Positions 36,356 through 47,590 of a stretch of 54,457 nt of DNA are shown one piece after another. A program made the position numbers and the translations under genes. Position 1 is the stretch's first letter. The number at the start of each line of letters is the position of its first letter. Source of the DNA: Macrostomum lignano (lineage: Eukaryota). The DNA lies in NCBI GenBank assembly GCA_002269645.1, contig NIVC01004217.1, positions 1 through 54,457 of the forward strand, written 5' to 3'. A model generated the notes under the pieces. It was not told where the DNA came from. It did no database searches and saw only the letters and a program-made list of their open reading frames with translations.

Positions 36356-38301
36356 TGTAACGAACTTGTTTAAGATCCAATTTTATTCATAAGTACTAAT
36401 CTGACTAATTAGCACAATTAAAATAATTGTCACGCGGATAATCGTTGCTCTTGTTGAGGTCAGAGGTCTGACATTGTTGCGGGATGGTGATAGAACTACG
36501 TATCGTGCAGTTAACGGTCGATTTTCAGATGCTTAGAAGCAAAAAACGCAAAATATACTACTATCTGAAAATGAGGTAAGTAGTATATGAAAAAGCTATC
36601 CTAAGCGTGATATATGTATTTCATAGCATACTTCTATACTCGTATGTACTCGTATATGTACATTAATCCCATGTACTTTTATATGTAAATTAATTCCTAT
36701 CTATCCCAATTCTATATGTACATTGTCTACTTGTATATGTGTGGTAGGGCTCCTAGGAATTTATCGTTAATTACGCGAATAATTTATTATTATTATATTA
36801 CTAATAACTTGCGAGAGTATACTAACGTGCGCAATTAATTCACTGGAAGATCCTGCACATGCGAGAACGAATAGTTTACCGTATATGTGTGACAAGAGAT
36901 CCACCAGTTGTTTTACTGCACTGTTTCTGCGGGTATATAAATACCGCACGCACCGATTCGAATTCGGCCCCTCCCCCTCCCTTTTGCCGTGTTGACTCTT
37001 GTTCTCGTAGGCCAGACTGTGTGCTCTCAGTTTAGTATTGTCTTGTAGGATCGGCCCGGTGTGCCTGACAAAATATTAGTTCATGACTAGTTATTAGTGA
37101 CTATTGAGTCTTAGTTGAGCACTGCTCCTAGTCCTAAGTACTAAGTTAGATTAGTCAACTAAATCTTAGCTCTAACAGACTGTGTTACTACTGTCCAATT
37201 CTGTTTTTCGCGCACTCCCGAGGACCTGTCTGCTGGGGGGTAGCCTGGGTGGACTCGGTCCTAGCACCGTCCCTGATTCCACTGTTGGTTTGGCGGTGTC
37301 TTGTACCGTAGGTTTGGGTCAACTCGCCCACCCGCGCTTTGAGCCGGGTCCAATCCCAATGCATCCATAGGGTATCTCGGGCCCTGGACAGTTAATGCCT
37401 TGGCCCCTGGTAGTGCCCCTCGCGGCAGAGCCCACCCCGGGCTGATCCGCGGGTAGCAATGCTTCCCACCCTCGTTTAACAACAACAACAGACTGTGTTG
37501 GTAAGGACACAGGAGGCCGAGCTTATCTTTGTGTTTTTGTTCATCAATTTTGTTAAGGTTAATTAGTATTTTCTGCTGGTGCGCTAGTTCCAATATTTGT
37601 TAATTTTCGTTTAATTAGTAATTACAATTGACAATTGGCAGTGATTTAGTTATCGTTTAATCTAAGTTCTAATTCAAGTTATTCCAATCTTCTTTGATAG
37701 CGGTTTTGGCTCAGTCATTTGATCATAACTTCGATTGGTGGCAGCGATCTACCTTTCGTGACAATTAATAGTTTGGGACTGAATTATCGATACATTGGGG
37801 AACGTAACTTATCGAGAAATTATTGGCATTGCTCTATCAGACCATCTCAGGGTACCGCTCTTCGACTGGTGCAAAATAAGCAGTTTTGCCTTAGACCAAT
37901 TCTCGGAAAGCTACCGAAAGTTAAAGTTATCTGGGACTCATGTCCACCCGGAAATAGAGAAACCAGTCACTCCGCTCACTAAGAGTTCGCGGACAAGAGG
38001 TCCGTCTGAGCCAGGCCAGACGCTGAGTCATCTGAGTGCTAAAGTGCGTGTGAGTCATAGTCTGCCGACAAACAAAGACCGTAGGGACCAGGAGGCCCAG
38101 AGGAAAACTATAGTTCCGCGAGCCATAGGGCCCATAGGAAATTATAGGGCACTCGCGACAGGAGGTCCGTTTGAACTCCGCGCTGGAATTAATATTCTTG
38201 GTAGACTACTCGCCAGCAGTAGCCCAGTTAGCGTTAGTCGCAATTTCATAGTTAAAGTCATCAACCACACCGGAGTTTTAATTAAACAAAGACCCGTTAC
38301 A
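36356..38301 (+). mobile_element. 5' LTR of a Gypsy-type retrotransposon (1946 bp including a nested insertion)
   Basis: Termini TGTAACG...CGTTACA form a 7-bp inverted repeat. TATA-like tatataaa at ~36934, ATTAAA at 38281, and a PBS follows after 2 nt. Confidence 0.8.
37187..37486 (+). mobile_element. 300-bp GC-rich retroposed insertion with (AAC)n tail and 13-bp TSD, inside the LTR
   Basis: AACAGACTGTGTT occurs at 37174-37186 and 37487-37499; an aacaacaac tail precedes the second copy. Confidence 0.8.
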
Positions 38302-38303
38302 TT

Positions 38304-38322
38304 TGGTAGCGACGGTGGGATT
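38304..38322 (+). promoter_or_regulatory. Primer-binding site (TGG start, tRNA-Leu-like)
   Basis: TGGTAGCGACGGTGGGATT lies 2 nt after the LTR terminal CA. It is complementary to a tRNA 3' end of the form AAUCCCACC......ACCA, as in tRNA-Leu. Confidence 0.7.
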
Positions 38323-38619
38323 TGCTAGCCAAGCCGTCAAGTTTAATCAGCAAAGCCCGTTGCATATGTACACTGCATACTTATACGAGTATATGTATTT
38401 GCGCATTAAACCCCAATCTACTTCTATGACAATTTCTATATGTACACAATGTCTACTTCTATATATGTACATTAATCCCCAATCCGCACGACAGTCCTGC
38501 TGTATTTGAATCACTCTATACAACAGCCAACCCCAAAAAACAAGAATATACGTACATTCCAACTCTCAGAGTAGAGGAAAATTTCTTACTCGAAACACTA
38601 TAATTGCTGCCCCAGTAGG

Positions 38620-39145
38620 GAATCATGCAAAAATAATGCATTTCAGGTAGCAGACGTGTCAGCACTGAGTTCAAGCTTACAGCAACAGAACAGAGACACT
38701 GAGCCTGATCACAGAATGAGTGAGATGCCTAGTTGGAAAATTGCTAACTGACTACTTGCAAGTACCATTGAAGAAGGAGCAAATTGTTAAAGCTCAGACG
38801 GAAGATACAGCAATCTGCACACTAATAGAGTGGAAGCAAGAAAATCTGTCAGTCCCGCCAATTCAGAAAAATGAGTCAGTCGAACTGAAGCAGTTGAGGC
38901 GAAAATATGAGAAAATGAAGTTAGAGAGGAATCTGTTGACTAACCTAAGTCTTTAGATAAGCTAGTGTTTAGCGATCTGCATGATAGCCCGCTAGCAGGA
39001 CATTTAGGTAGAGACAAAACAGTTCAGCGAGTTTGAGAGAGGCTTAGTAGCCGCAGTAGAAAAGCATGTGGCAGAGTGCATCCCATGCTTAGAGAGCAAA
39101 AGAGGACATAAAGTGCAAGCTCCGATTCAGTCATTTCCAACCCTG
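38620..39145 (+). pseudogene. Gypsy pol remnant (RNase H-integrase linker and integrase HHCC zinc finger)
   Basis: EQIVKAQTEDTAICTLIEWK, then LHDSPLAGHLGRDKTVQRV...ECIPC, with stops and frameshifts. No gag, protease or RT lies between the PBS and this remnant. Confidence 0.8.
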
Positions 39146-39962
39146 TGAAAAAAGCCTCTGCGGTCTGACATCGGACCGGCCTCGGTTTGCCGATCCAGTC
39201 GGTAATTGAAATATGTAACTATATTTGCGTATCGTTTACTGACAGTAGTAATTTGAAACCTTATAGGAACGCAATTTTCTAAATTTCGGTACGCTTGTGA
39301 TGCGTAAAAAACATTACTGTTCCTTGTAATTAGCTGATCCAGAATATCTTTACAAGCATATAAAGTATAAATTTTAACTCAATTTAAGGTCGTTACAGCG
39401 TGGCCTGATCTATCAATACATGCGGTTTCTTTTTGAAAGTTGAAGTTAAATTTGTGGAAATTCAAAAACGATTACAAACCTAATTTATTTTAAAGAATAA
39501 TTATATGCCATGGACGTGACGTCATTGAGCTTCAAGAACATTAAAAAGAGTACAATTTAAAGAACAAACTGAAACAAGCAAGGATCTATAATGACACTTA
39601 CCTTCTGCGTTGACTCGAAAATAGACGCCTAAGTAGAAAGTGTAGAAAAAGTGAGAGTTGAATTAGAAAATTAGAAAGAAGTAAGAAAATTATTTAGTAA
39701 GAGAGTGTAGGAAGGAAACTGAGTTTCAGTTGCAAGTGTTTAGAGTTTAGACTGGAGACTGCAGACTGCAGAGTTAGAGTTCGACGAGCTTTCCAACCGG
39801 TTCAAATCGGTTTATACTGGACAGATTGCTTTGTCTGCTTTCTGGGAATTTTCCACTCCCCATTTTCCATTACTGTTGTTTACGGAAAGTGGGGGAAAGA
39901 AACTCCGTGCACTTAGAGGACAAGTGAGTTCGCATCTCCTCATCCAATGGCAGCTCGCTATT

Positions 39963-41062
39963 CTCTTCGGTGGCAGAGGAATAGAATAGAATAGAATAGA
40001 ATAGAATAGAATAGAATAGAATAGAATAGAATAGAATAGAATAGAATACAATAGAATAGAATACAATAGAATAGAATAGAATAGAATAGAATAGAATAGA
40101 ATACAATAGAATAGAATACAATAGAATAGAATATTCTTGGATACTGCACTGTCTAAGAAGAATTATTTATTCTTTTTTCTCTTTAGACTGTTATTTTTGG
40201 CTGCTAAGAAATTATTTTACCTCGCGTACTTCAGCCGCACTACTAAGTAGTGCAAAAAGGATATGAAAGGTAGAATCGTGTTTTATGCGCATAGCGAATG
40301 ACTTTGCGACTGTCAATACACATTACTGTACTGGTCACCAGAGGAAATGTGCTATAGCAAATTATCTATGCAACAAACATACTGCGCGAGAACACACTGC
40401 CCTTCCATGGGGGCGCTGTATTTGGGAGTGCTGTCTTTGGGTGGCGCTTGATCTCGCCACACTGATTTTGGGCGAGATTCTTACCGGCCCTCTGAGATCC
40501 GCCCTCTCTCCCCGGACTCACCCAGCAGCGCAAGCCGGTGGTGGGCAGCAGGAGGCCACCGGGCTGCAGAGGCCCCAAACCGGAGCCCCACAGAAGCTGC
40601 TGCTCTTCGGTGGCAGAGGAATAGAATAGAATAGAATAGAATAGAATAGAATAGAATAGAATACAATAGAATAGAATAGAATAGAATAGAATAGAATACA
40701 ATAGAATAGAATACAATAGAATAGAATATTCTTGGATACTGCACTGTCTAAGAAGAATTATTTATTCTTTTTTCTCTTTAGACTGTTATTTTTGGCTGCT
40801 AAGAAATTATTTTACCTCGCGTACTTCAGCCGCACTACTAAGTAGTGCAAAAAGGATATGAAAGGTAGAATCGTGTTTTATGCGCATAGCGAATGACTTT
40901 GCGACTGTCAATACACATTACTGGACTGGTCACCAGAGGAAATGTGCTATAGCAAATTATCTATGCAACAAACATACTGCGCGAGAACACACTGCCCTTC
41001 CATGGGGGCGCTGTATTTGGGAGTGCTGTCTTTGGGTGGCGCTTGATCTCGCCACACTGATC
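39963..41062. repeat. Direct duplication of a ~460-500-bp unit containing an (AATAG)n microsatellite, with a ~140-bp unique spacer
   Basis: ctcttcggtggcagagg(aatag)n...gatctcgccacactgat at 39963-~40465 and 40604-~41062. Confidence 0.9.
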
Positions 41063-41355
41063 CATTGGCACTGGAGTTATCGCAGCTATTCTTAACAAAA
41101 TAACTCAGGTTGAAAGAGATCTTGCAGAGTGGATCGCGAATAATATATATTTGCTACTTTTCCTCTGCAGTGCTTGAGGCTCTAGCTTAATCAGCTTTCC
41201 AGATATTCAATGGCGGAGATTCCGAAAAATTCTAATGTATTCAAATGGGGGAATTCGGGAAAATCAATCAGGAATTGCCAAGCTGTAGTAATAAACTCAG
41301 ATTTGAGATTCTACAGATCATTAGAGCGTGCCAGTCGGTGTCTTCCGCAGAATGA

Positions 41356-41485
41356 AGGTTCTTGGGTCAGGATAGGAGATTCTTGGGTGAGGCTATTCTT
41401 GGGTCAGCATGGAAGATTCTTGGGTCAGGATAGGAGATTCTTGGGTGAGGCTATTTTTGGGTCAGCATGGAAGATTCTTGGGTAC
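41356..41485. repeat. ~58-bp tandem repeat (internal ttcttgggt submotif), ~2.3 copies
   Basis: gaagattcttgggtcaggataggagattcttgggtgaggctattcttgggtcagcatg repeated. Confidence 0.8.
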
Positions 41486-42383
41486 TGACACTTCGATGAC
41501 ATATTTTATCAGTTTGAAGAATACCTTGCACGGCTTTAGACTCAGTTTTCGAGCTGGTATCTAAGCACAGTCTCATTCAAGCTGTAGTTAAGCCAGTATT
41601 ATCTTCACTTCAGCAGCGCATACAACTTATCCGATTTCAGTGGCGTCCTGGTTCATTTTGCCCCTACTGAGCGGTGGAATCTCCATTGCCCTGTTCTACT
41701 TTATCCAGGTCTTCATCCTTATACTAAGGTGATTATGTAAAGCTTTAAAAATGTTTACTTTTAATTTGTGATTGTGTGCACAAGCGCGCACTAGCAGAGG
41801 CGCACACTGGCACAAGAGCGCACTGGCAGAGGCGCGCACTTTTGACACGCTGTAGCATAAGCGCGCTGTCTGTCTGTCTGTCTATCAGACGGCATGTCTG
41901 AGAGAAACCCTACAAACTGAAACACACAGGGAAGGCAGAAACAAGTATTTGCAGAATGCGAGTAAAAACAGACGCCAGCCTATAAATTGGTCCATAAAAT
42001 ATTTCTTTATATTGTTTGTCACAGATAAGACGCCTAAGCTAATTACAAAAAAAACAGCCGCAAAAAAGACTAAGCTGAAAATTTTCTGCCCAACCAAATT
42101 TAAAAACTGTTAAAAGACCAACAATTAAAGTAATACAGTTGAAGAGAAAAAATACAATAGTAGGCACTATCTACTGCTATAGGTAAAATTAAACGAGACA
42201 CTGATAAGAAAACGATAAAAAATATTTTACGAGCGTACTACCAAAGCGAGAGAAAAGTGAGGGATGGAAAAATAACAGATAAAATTGAAAAAGTCCATAA
42301 ACAGACCGACACCGCAGATAATAGTTAAACAGCTACAACTAGCTACTTAAGGACAGTAGTGCAAGCGCATGCTAGTGCAGTTT

Positions 42384-43934
42384 TTAAATAATCGACGAAT
42401 TCAGCCGGAAATTCGGCTCCGAGTTCAGCTGCTGGTGACCAGACAGTGTGGCGTCGAATTCGCCCTCGTAATCTTCGTCATCGTTATCCACTTTGACATC
42501 AAGATCGAGGTCGTCCTCGGATTTCGGATCGGCGGAGGCCTGCAGGTTAGGGGTGGCGACCGAGTTTTTGAAAGGCCATTTGAGGACAGGGAGATGATGA
42601 TAAATGAGGTCATTCAAGGATGAGGAAATATATGCCATGAAAGGTCGATATTTAGAGACACGAACAGGGGTCGGGTCATTTAAGTGCACGGACAGGGGTC
42701 ATGTAGGACAAGACAAGGGGTTATTTAGGGACATGAGTATTGGTCATTTAAGGTCACAAACATCATGACGGTATCACATGTTTAGTTGCACGCATATAAA
42801 GTGGTGAGTCATACATTAACATGGGTTGATAAAATTTCCCAGCTCACCGATCGATTATAGCCTAGCCGGGAGTCGGTCTCGCCATCTCGACTATCGTCGT
42901 TGCCCCCAGCCAGCGATGCGGCTAAACAAGCGGCCACATCGAAGGCGGTTGTAGCGGCAGCAGCGTTAGCAGCAGTCCTACTACCCATAGTATTGCTGCC
43001 TAACACAGCAGCGCCGGTAGTATTCGCCAGTGGAAAATAAATTTTGCTAGCCACCACCGTCTGCTTCTGCTGCTGCTGCTGGCTGTCAGAGCCGGTCGCT
43101 CCCGATGCCGGGTATCGCCGACGGCCGGAACGGGCGCGCAGCTGCGGCTCCCCTGCACTCAGGCGTCTCTGCGCGAGAGATAAGAATAGGAAAGGGGTCA
43201 AATGAGGACAATAATTCTAAGCAGAGGTCATTTCAGGACAAAAGTCTACCCTGGGGTCAGTTGAGGACAAAAATCAACCCTGGGGTCAGTTGAGGACAAA
43301 AGTCTACCCAGGGGTCATTTGAGGACAGAATCTATCCGGAGGTCATTTGAGGACAAACTAATATACGTAAAGATCATTTGAGGGCAAACATCTACCGTGG
43401 GGTCATTGAAGACAGAGGTTATTTGGGGCAAAAAAAGTGCGCAGGGGTCAACTGTCCTTACCTGGCCAACAGTTGTGACGGCGGCGGCGGAGGCGGCGCA
43501 CCACCCCGTCGGAACAAGGCGGCAGCGTCAGCGCCTTTGACAGTCGCCGATTGGCCCGCCTGGGTCGGCCGCCGAGATCGCCAAGACTGGGCGACATGGA
43601 CGACGCCTGCTCCGTCGAAGACTGCTGCGGCAGAGTTGTTGTTAAAGAGTCGGTGGCCATCGACGCGGCAGCGGCGACGGCGGCTGCGGCCGTGGCGTCG
43701 AGTAGAGGCTGGTCCAAGACAACGGCTGCCGACAGCTGCTGGCGAGAGCAGACGGCTCGACTCGAAGGCTCTGCTGGCAGGCGCGGCAACAGCTGCGCCG
43801 AATGATGGAGCGCAGTTTAGCCGAACGATCGCGCTCCGCAAGGACCTGCAATTGCAGCTGCATGCGAAGATTGGTCAGGTCCATCTGGAGGTCGTCCACA
43901 CGATGCAGGCGTTTCTCGTAGTGCTGCCGAATCT
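42384..43934 (-). CDS. 3' exons of a DLK/LZK (MAP3K12/13, wallenda)-like kinase gene: second leucine zipper plus low-complexity tail (exons 43934-43462, 43168-42848, 42539-42384)
   Basis: EIRQHYEKRLHRVDDLQMDLTNLRMQL aligns by eye to the DLK/LZK zipper [27 protein letters not shown]. GT-AG sites are present, and the last two exons join in phase 0. The frame within the first exon is broken (TAA at 43642), so this part of the model is uncertain. Kinase exons are not in the window. Confidence 0.6.
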
Positions 43935-44288
43935 CTGGGGGCGAAAGAAATGACAAGAGACTGTTAGGCGGCAAACAAGGACACAGGACTTCTAGAGGTT
44001 AAAGGACACAAAAGGTCTCTTAGAGGTCGAATGAGAACACAGAACTATAAGGGTAAAATGAGGACACAGGACTGTTAGGGGTCAAATGAGGACACGGGAC
44101 TGTTGAGGGTCAATTGAGGACACGGAGCTGTTATGGGTCAAACTAGGACACGCGGGGACTGTTGTTGTGATAAGTTTTTGCATCATGTAGCAAACAGACC
44201 ATGGCACATTTGCACTAATGCACCATATCTAGACCAGCAGTATCTGAAATAGAAGCAAAAGCCATTTATAAGATAATATACATGTAGG

Positions 44289-44580
44289 TCAGTGAAGCAA
44301 ATATCTAAAATTGTTAACAGAACTATAAAAGAAAAATGAACAAGAAAAAATGGTGCTCAGTTAGCCGATTCTAAAAGTGAATCGTGGATCCCCTGAGCCA
44401 CGAAGAGGCCGAACACCGTTCAGGGGGTTAATCCATAGTTCACTTTGCAGAGCAAAACAAATTCCACAGCACAGTAAACAGTGCACAGCGGTCTTTTGCA
44501 GCATTGAACTAAGGATCAATCCCGCCACTAAGAGCGGGAAGCCACAGCAAGAAATGCAAAGCGGCCAGCTTTTTGAAAGC
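44289..44580. repeat. 292-bp direct repeat, copy 1 (3' of the SET gene)
   Basis: Matches 48269-48560 (offset 3980) with one substitution seen (aactata vs aagtata). Confidence 0.95.
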
Positions 44581-44648
44581 CGATAAAATCTTATAGCGAA
44601 CTCCCCATGCAACGGGGGCTTATGGTTTCAGAGAATAAACTTAGCCTT

Positions 44649-46687
44649 TCAGTCTTTAAGCCACGGATGCAGTCGAAGCACATCCGATCGCCTTTCTCCA
44701 TAATCGTAGAGTAGCTCCTCGCCTCGAGCAATGTCTCGAATGGCTTGGAAGACCAGATGCGGTTTATTGTTTACATCAGCAACAATCGGCTTCAAGTTAT
44801 TTCTTCGCCGGCTATGGTTAATGTACCGACCGACGTACTGGAAAGTGTTGGTTGCGTCGATGCAATAAGCTTGATCTCGCCAGGAAAAGAAAAACAAGAA
44901 GCAGCATGGCTTCCCTTGCTTTACAATATCTTCCTCCCGGGCGAGGCGTGCTTTTTGTCCTTGGATTAATTCTCCACCGTAAGTACAGACGACAGTGCCT
45001 TTTGGGAGGTCCGTACGGGCAAATGCCCCCAGACCCTCTGCGTCGACGCTACCGGCCTGAACCACGACGTTGCCGGTAGAAATCATTGTCTGTCGAACCA
45101 CATCGGCCATAGTGAGTTGCCTCATAGACGCCATTTCGGTCGGCAGGGATCGCTCTGGACTCCCACGGCTAGCTCGGCCGTGAGGCGTCACGTGAAGGAG
45201 CGGCGTGCATGCTCCGTCCGGAGTTGTGATAGTGTCCGGGACTAGACGCTCGCGATTAGCTGCCATTGCAGGAGGGGCAACCGCAGCAGCGTGGCTATTT
45301 GAGTCCTCAGACGAAGTCACAGTCGGCTCGAAAGGCGGATCATTGGACAGGCCATCTTTATTGGCTTCTCCTCTTTGGAGCCGAACGCTAAGGGGAACCT
45401 GACAATGAAGAAAATGAAGAGGACAAATGATTCATAGTGGTAACGGCATACAAATGCAGATTAACCCCAACGCTTTAATCTTTGCATTGAATAAACATGC
45501 AACAAAATTGTTCCTAAGAACACTGTTTCACACAATAAACTGTGGACTTCATTTAGTTTGACCAACTTACTTCATTGGAGGTCGCCGGTACAGCGTCGGT
45601 AGATAAGGCGACGTCTATAGTTGCAGCAGCGGCAGACTCCGGGACCAGAAGCTCGCGATTAGCTGCCATTGCAGGAGGGGCAACCGCAGCAGCGTGGCTA
45701 TTTGAGTCCTCAGGCGAAGTCACAGTCGGCTCGAAAGGCGGATCATTGGACAGGCCATCTTTATTGGCTTCTCCTCTTTGGAGCCGAACGCTAAGGGGAA
45801 CCTGACAGTGAAGAAAAAAGTACATCATAATGGTTACAACATGCAATTAAAGATGAACGTAACCCTTTGTTATTTTCATTAAACATACATGCAACCCAGC
45901 TGATGGTAAGATAATTGCTCTACACCATAAACCATGGGCCAGCATAAAAGACCCCACCCCTTGTTGTTAATCCCTAATATTTCCTTTTGAGCAAAGTATC
46001 TAAAAGCTTTTATTTATTCATTTTTCACTTTCATCTTCTCAAATTTACCAAACATTCAACTTTTTAAGAAAAGTTGCGACCTGACCTGACCCGCGACCTG
46101 ATGCTTTCAAGGTTACAGGCCGCAGCGTTTTAACAACAAAAAACCATGGACACAAATTTTAGTTTAACACACCTCATTGGAGGTCGCCATTTCAGCGTCG
46201 GTAGCTAAGTCCGCGTCCATTGTTATAGCGGCGGCAGATTCCGGCAGGCTTTCAAGCGGCAAGGCTGGATTAAGATTTAGTTGAGGCCGGATGCCGTAAA
46301 AGGCCAACAACCGCAGGCCCTCAATTCTGTCATATGCCCTTGCCCTCGCATCAGCTACGGCTGCACGGCCGACAACAAATGCTTCGCCGAAATGGCACAG
46401 CCGCATGTGTTGTCTCATATTAGAGGCGGCAAATGAGCTGCACAGCTGGCAAAGCTTTAAATCTCTTTTGCCATGCCAACGTTTGTAGAGAATGTAGGCT
46501 TCGACTCGATCGTAGTTTGCTGTATGCTTGCTTCGAGCGTGTCGAAGGAGGGTGGCGGACCGATTGGTGGAATAGTCACACATCGGGCAAATAAACTGGT
46601 CAGGGTCCATATTGAATTGATTCAAGTTTTCAACGTAAACGTTTAGAGTAAAATTTAGTTCTCGATAAAACGTGTCGCGCAAACTTT
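44649..46687 (-). CDS. C2H2 zinc-finger plus SET8/PR-Set7 (KMT5A)-like SET-domain protein; exons 46687-46172, 45801-45571, 45398-44649
   Basis: SET: GLGAFARTDLPKGTVVCTYGGELI..YCIDAT..GRYINHS..PHLVFQAIRDIARGEELLYDYGER..HPWLK, close to SET8 including its HPWLK end. ZnF: CPMC..HARSKH and CQLC..HMRLCH. Phase-0 GT-AG joins. The 5' start is not resolved. Confidence 0.88.
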
Positions 46688-46972
46688 CTGAAAATGAGGA
46701 AAAATCAAAATGAAACCTTTAACTACGGTGAAAGATGAATGAACTAGGCATCTTGGTAATAGGTACTTTACAATGCACTCTTAAAGACTGTCAGACTGAA
46801 AGCAAAGAAGGCATGTTCCGCTCGCTCGTAGTCTCAGGACAATAATAAAAGGCAGCTGAACAGATCAAATCAAATGTTTATTTGAAAGGTTGGGCGATAC
46901 AACGGACTTGATAACGCATTACAGTCCCGAATTTCTGCATAGTAGCATTAAGTTGCCAGTCACACTGAAGTT

Positions 46973-47590
46973 TTAAAGCAAATCGAGTAGTGAAACGGAA
47001 TTCGAAATTGTAGGATTTGCATTTTGTTGCAACGAAACGCTGGGAGAAGCTGGATTAAAAAAGCCATTGAAATCATTGTCTAACGTAGTTACACTACAAC
47101 TGTGGCAGGGGCATGTACAATGGCTATCAGGGCAATTGAAAATGTTTGAACGTAAAACACTTGGACCGGAGAGCTGTGAATCGGCACACTTTTCGGAGGG
47201 GTTCCTGGCGGCTAGTGATTGCAGCTTAGAAATTAAAACTTCAGCGTTTTCTTTAGCCTCGTCTAAGTTATAGGTAGATTGCGAATTTCCATTTGTCTTA
47301 GATTGCTTTCCATGTTTTACCCTAACATGGCTTGGTAAATTCGAAGTGATAACACTGCAAACAGGACACTGATAGAGGTAACCCGATTCGGTTCGCTTCT
47401 TTGCCTTTAAAAGTCCAAAAAGGCGGATTGTGGCATCAATTTGCTCTTCAGTGGCATCAGGGTGCTTTCGATTGCAATGTACCTTGAAACCAGATGCGCG
47501 TCCTGTCCAAGCATTGCAGATCAAACAGGAAATCTGCGTATGAACCTGCACCATGTGAGACATTGTCCCGCGGGTGACATTCAAGAGCAT
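46973..47590 (-). CDS. Two-C2H2 zinc-finger ORF (205 aa)
   Basis: CLIC...HCNRKH and CPVC...HVRVKH, followed by a Cys/His cluster CPDSHCTCPCHSC. Its linkage to the SET gene is unresolved. Confidence 0.65.
   Translation of the reverse strand: MLLNVTRGTMSHMVQVHTQISCLICNAWTGRASGFKVHCNRKHPDATEEQIDATIRLFGLLKAKKRTESGYLYQCPVCSVITSNLPSHVRVKHGKQSKTNGNSQSTYNLDEAKENAEVLISKLQSLAARNPSEKCADSQLSGPSVLRSNIFNCPDSHCTCPCHSCSVTTLDNDFNGFFNPASPSVSLQQNANPTISNSVSLLDLL

Noticed and set aside
37795-38328. 177-aa ORF inside the LTR as possible gag
   Set aside because: It lies within the LTR, upstream of the PBS, and has no gag or zinc-knuckle features.
39812-40744. YSILF-repeat hydrophobic ORFs
   Set aside because: Translations of the (CTATT)n microsatellite.
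44361-44612. Short ORFs within the 292-bp repeat (also 48357-48563)
   Set aside because: Under 85 aa with no motifs; identical only because the DNA is duplicated.
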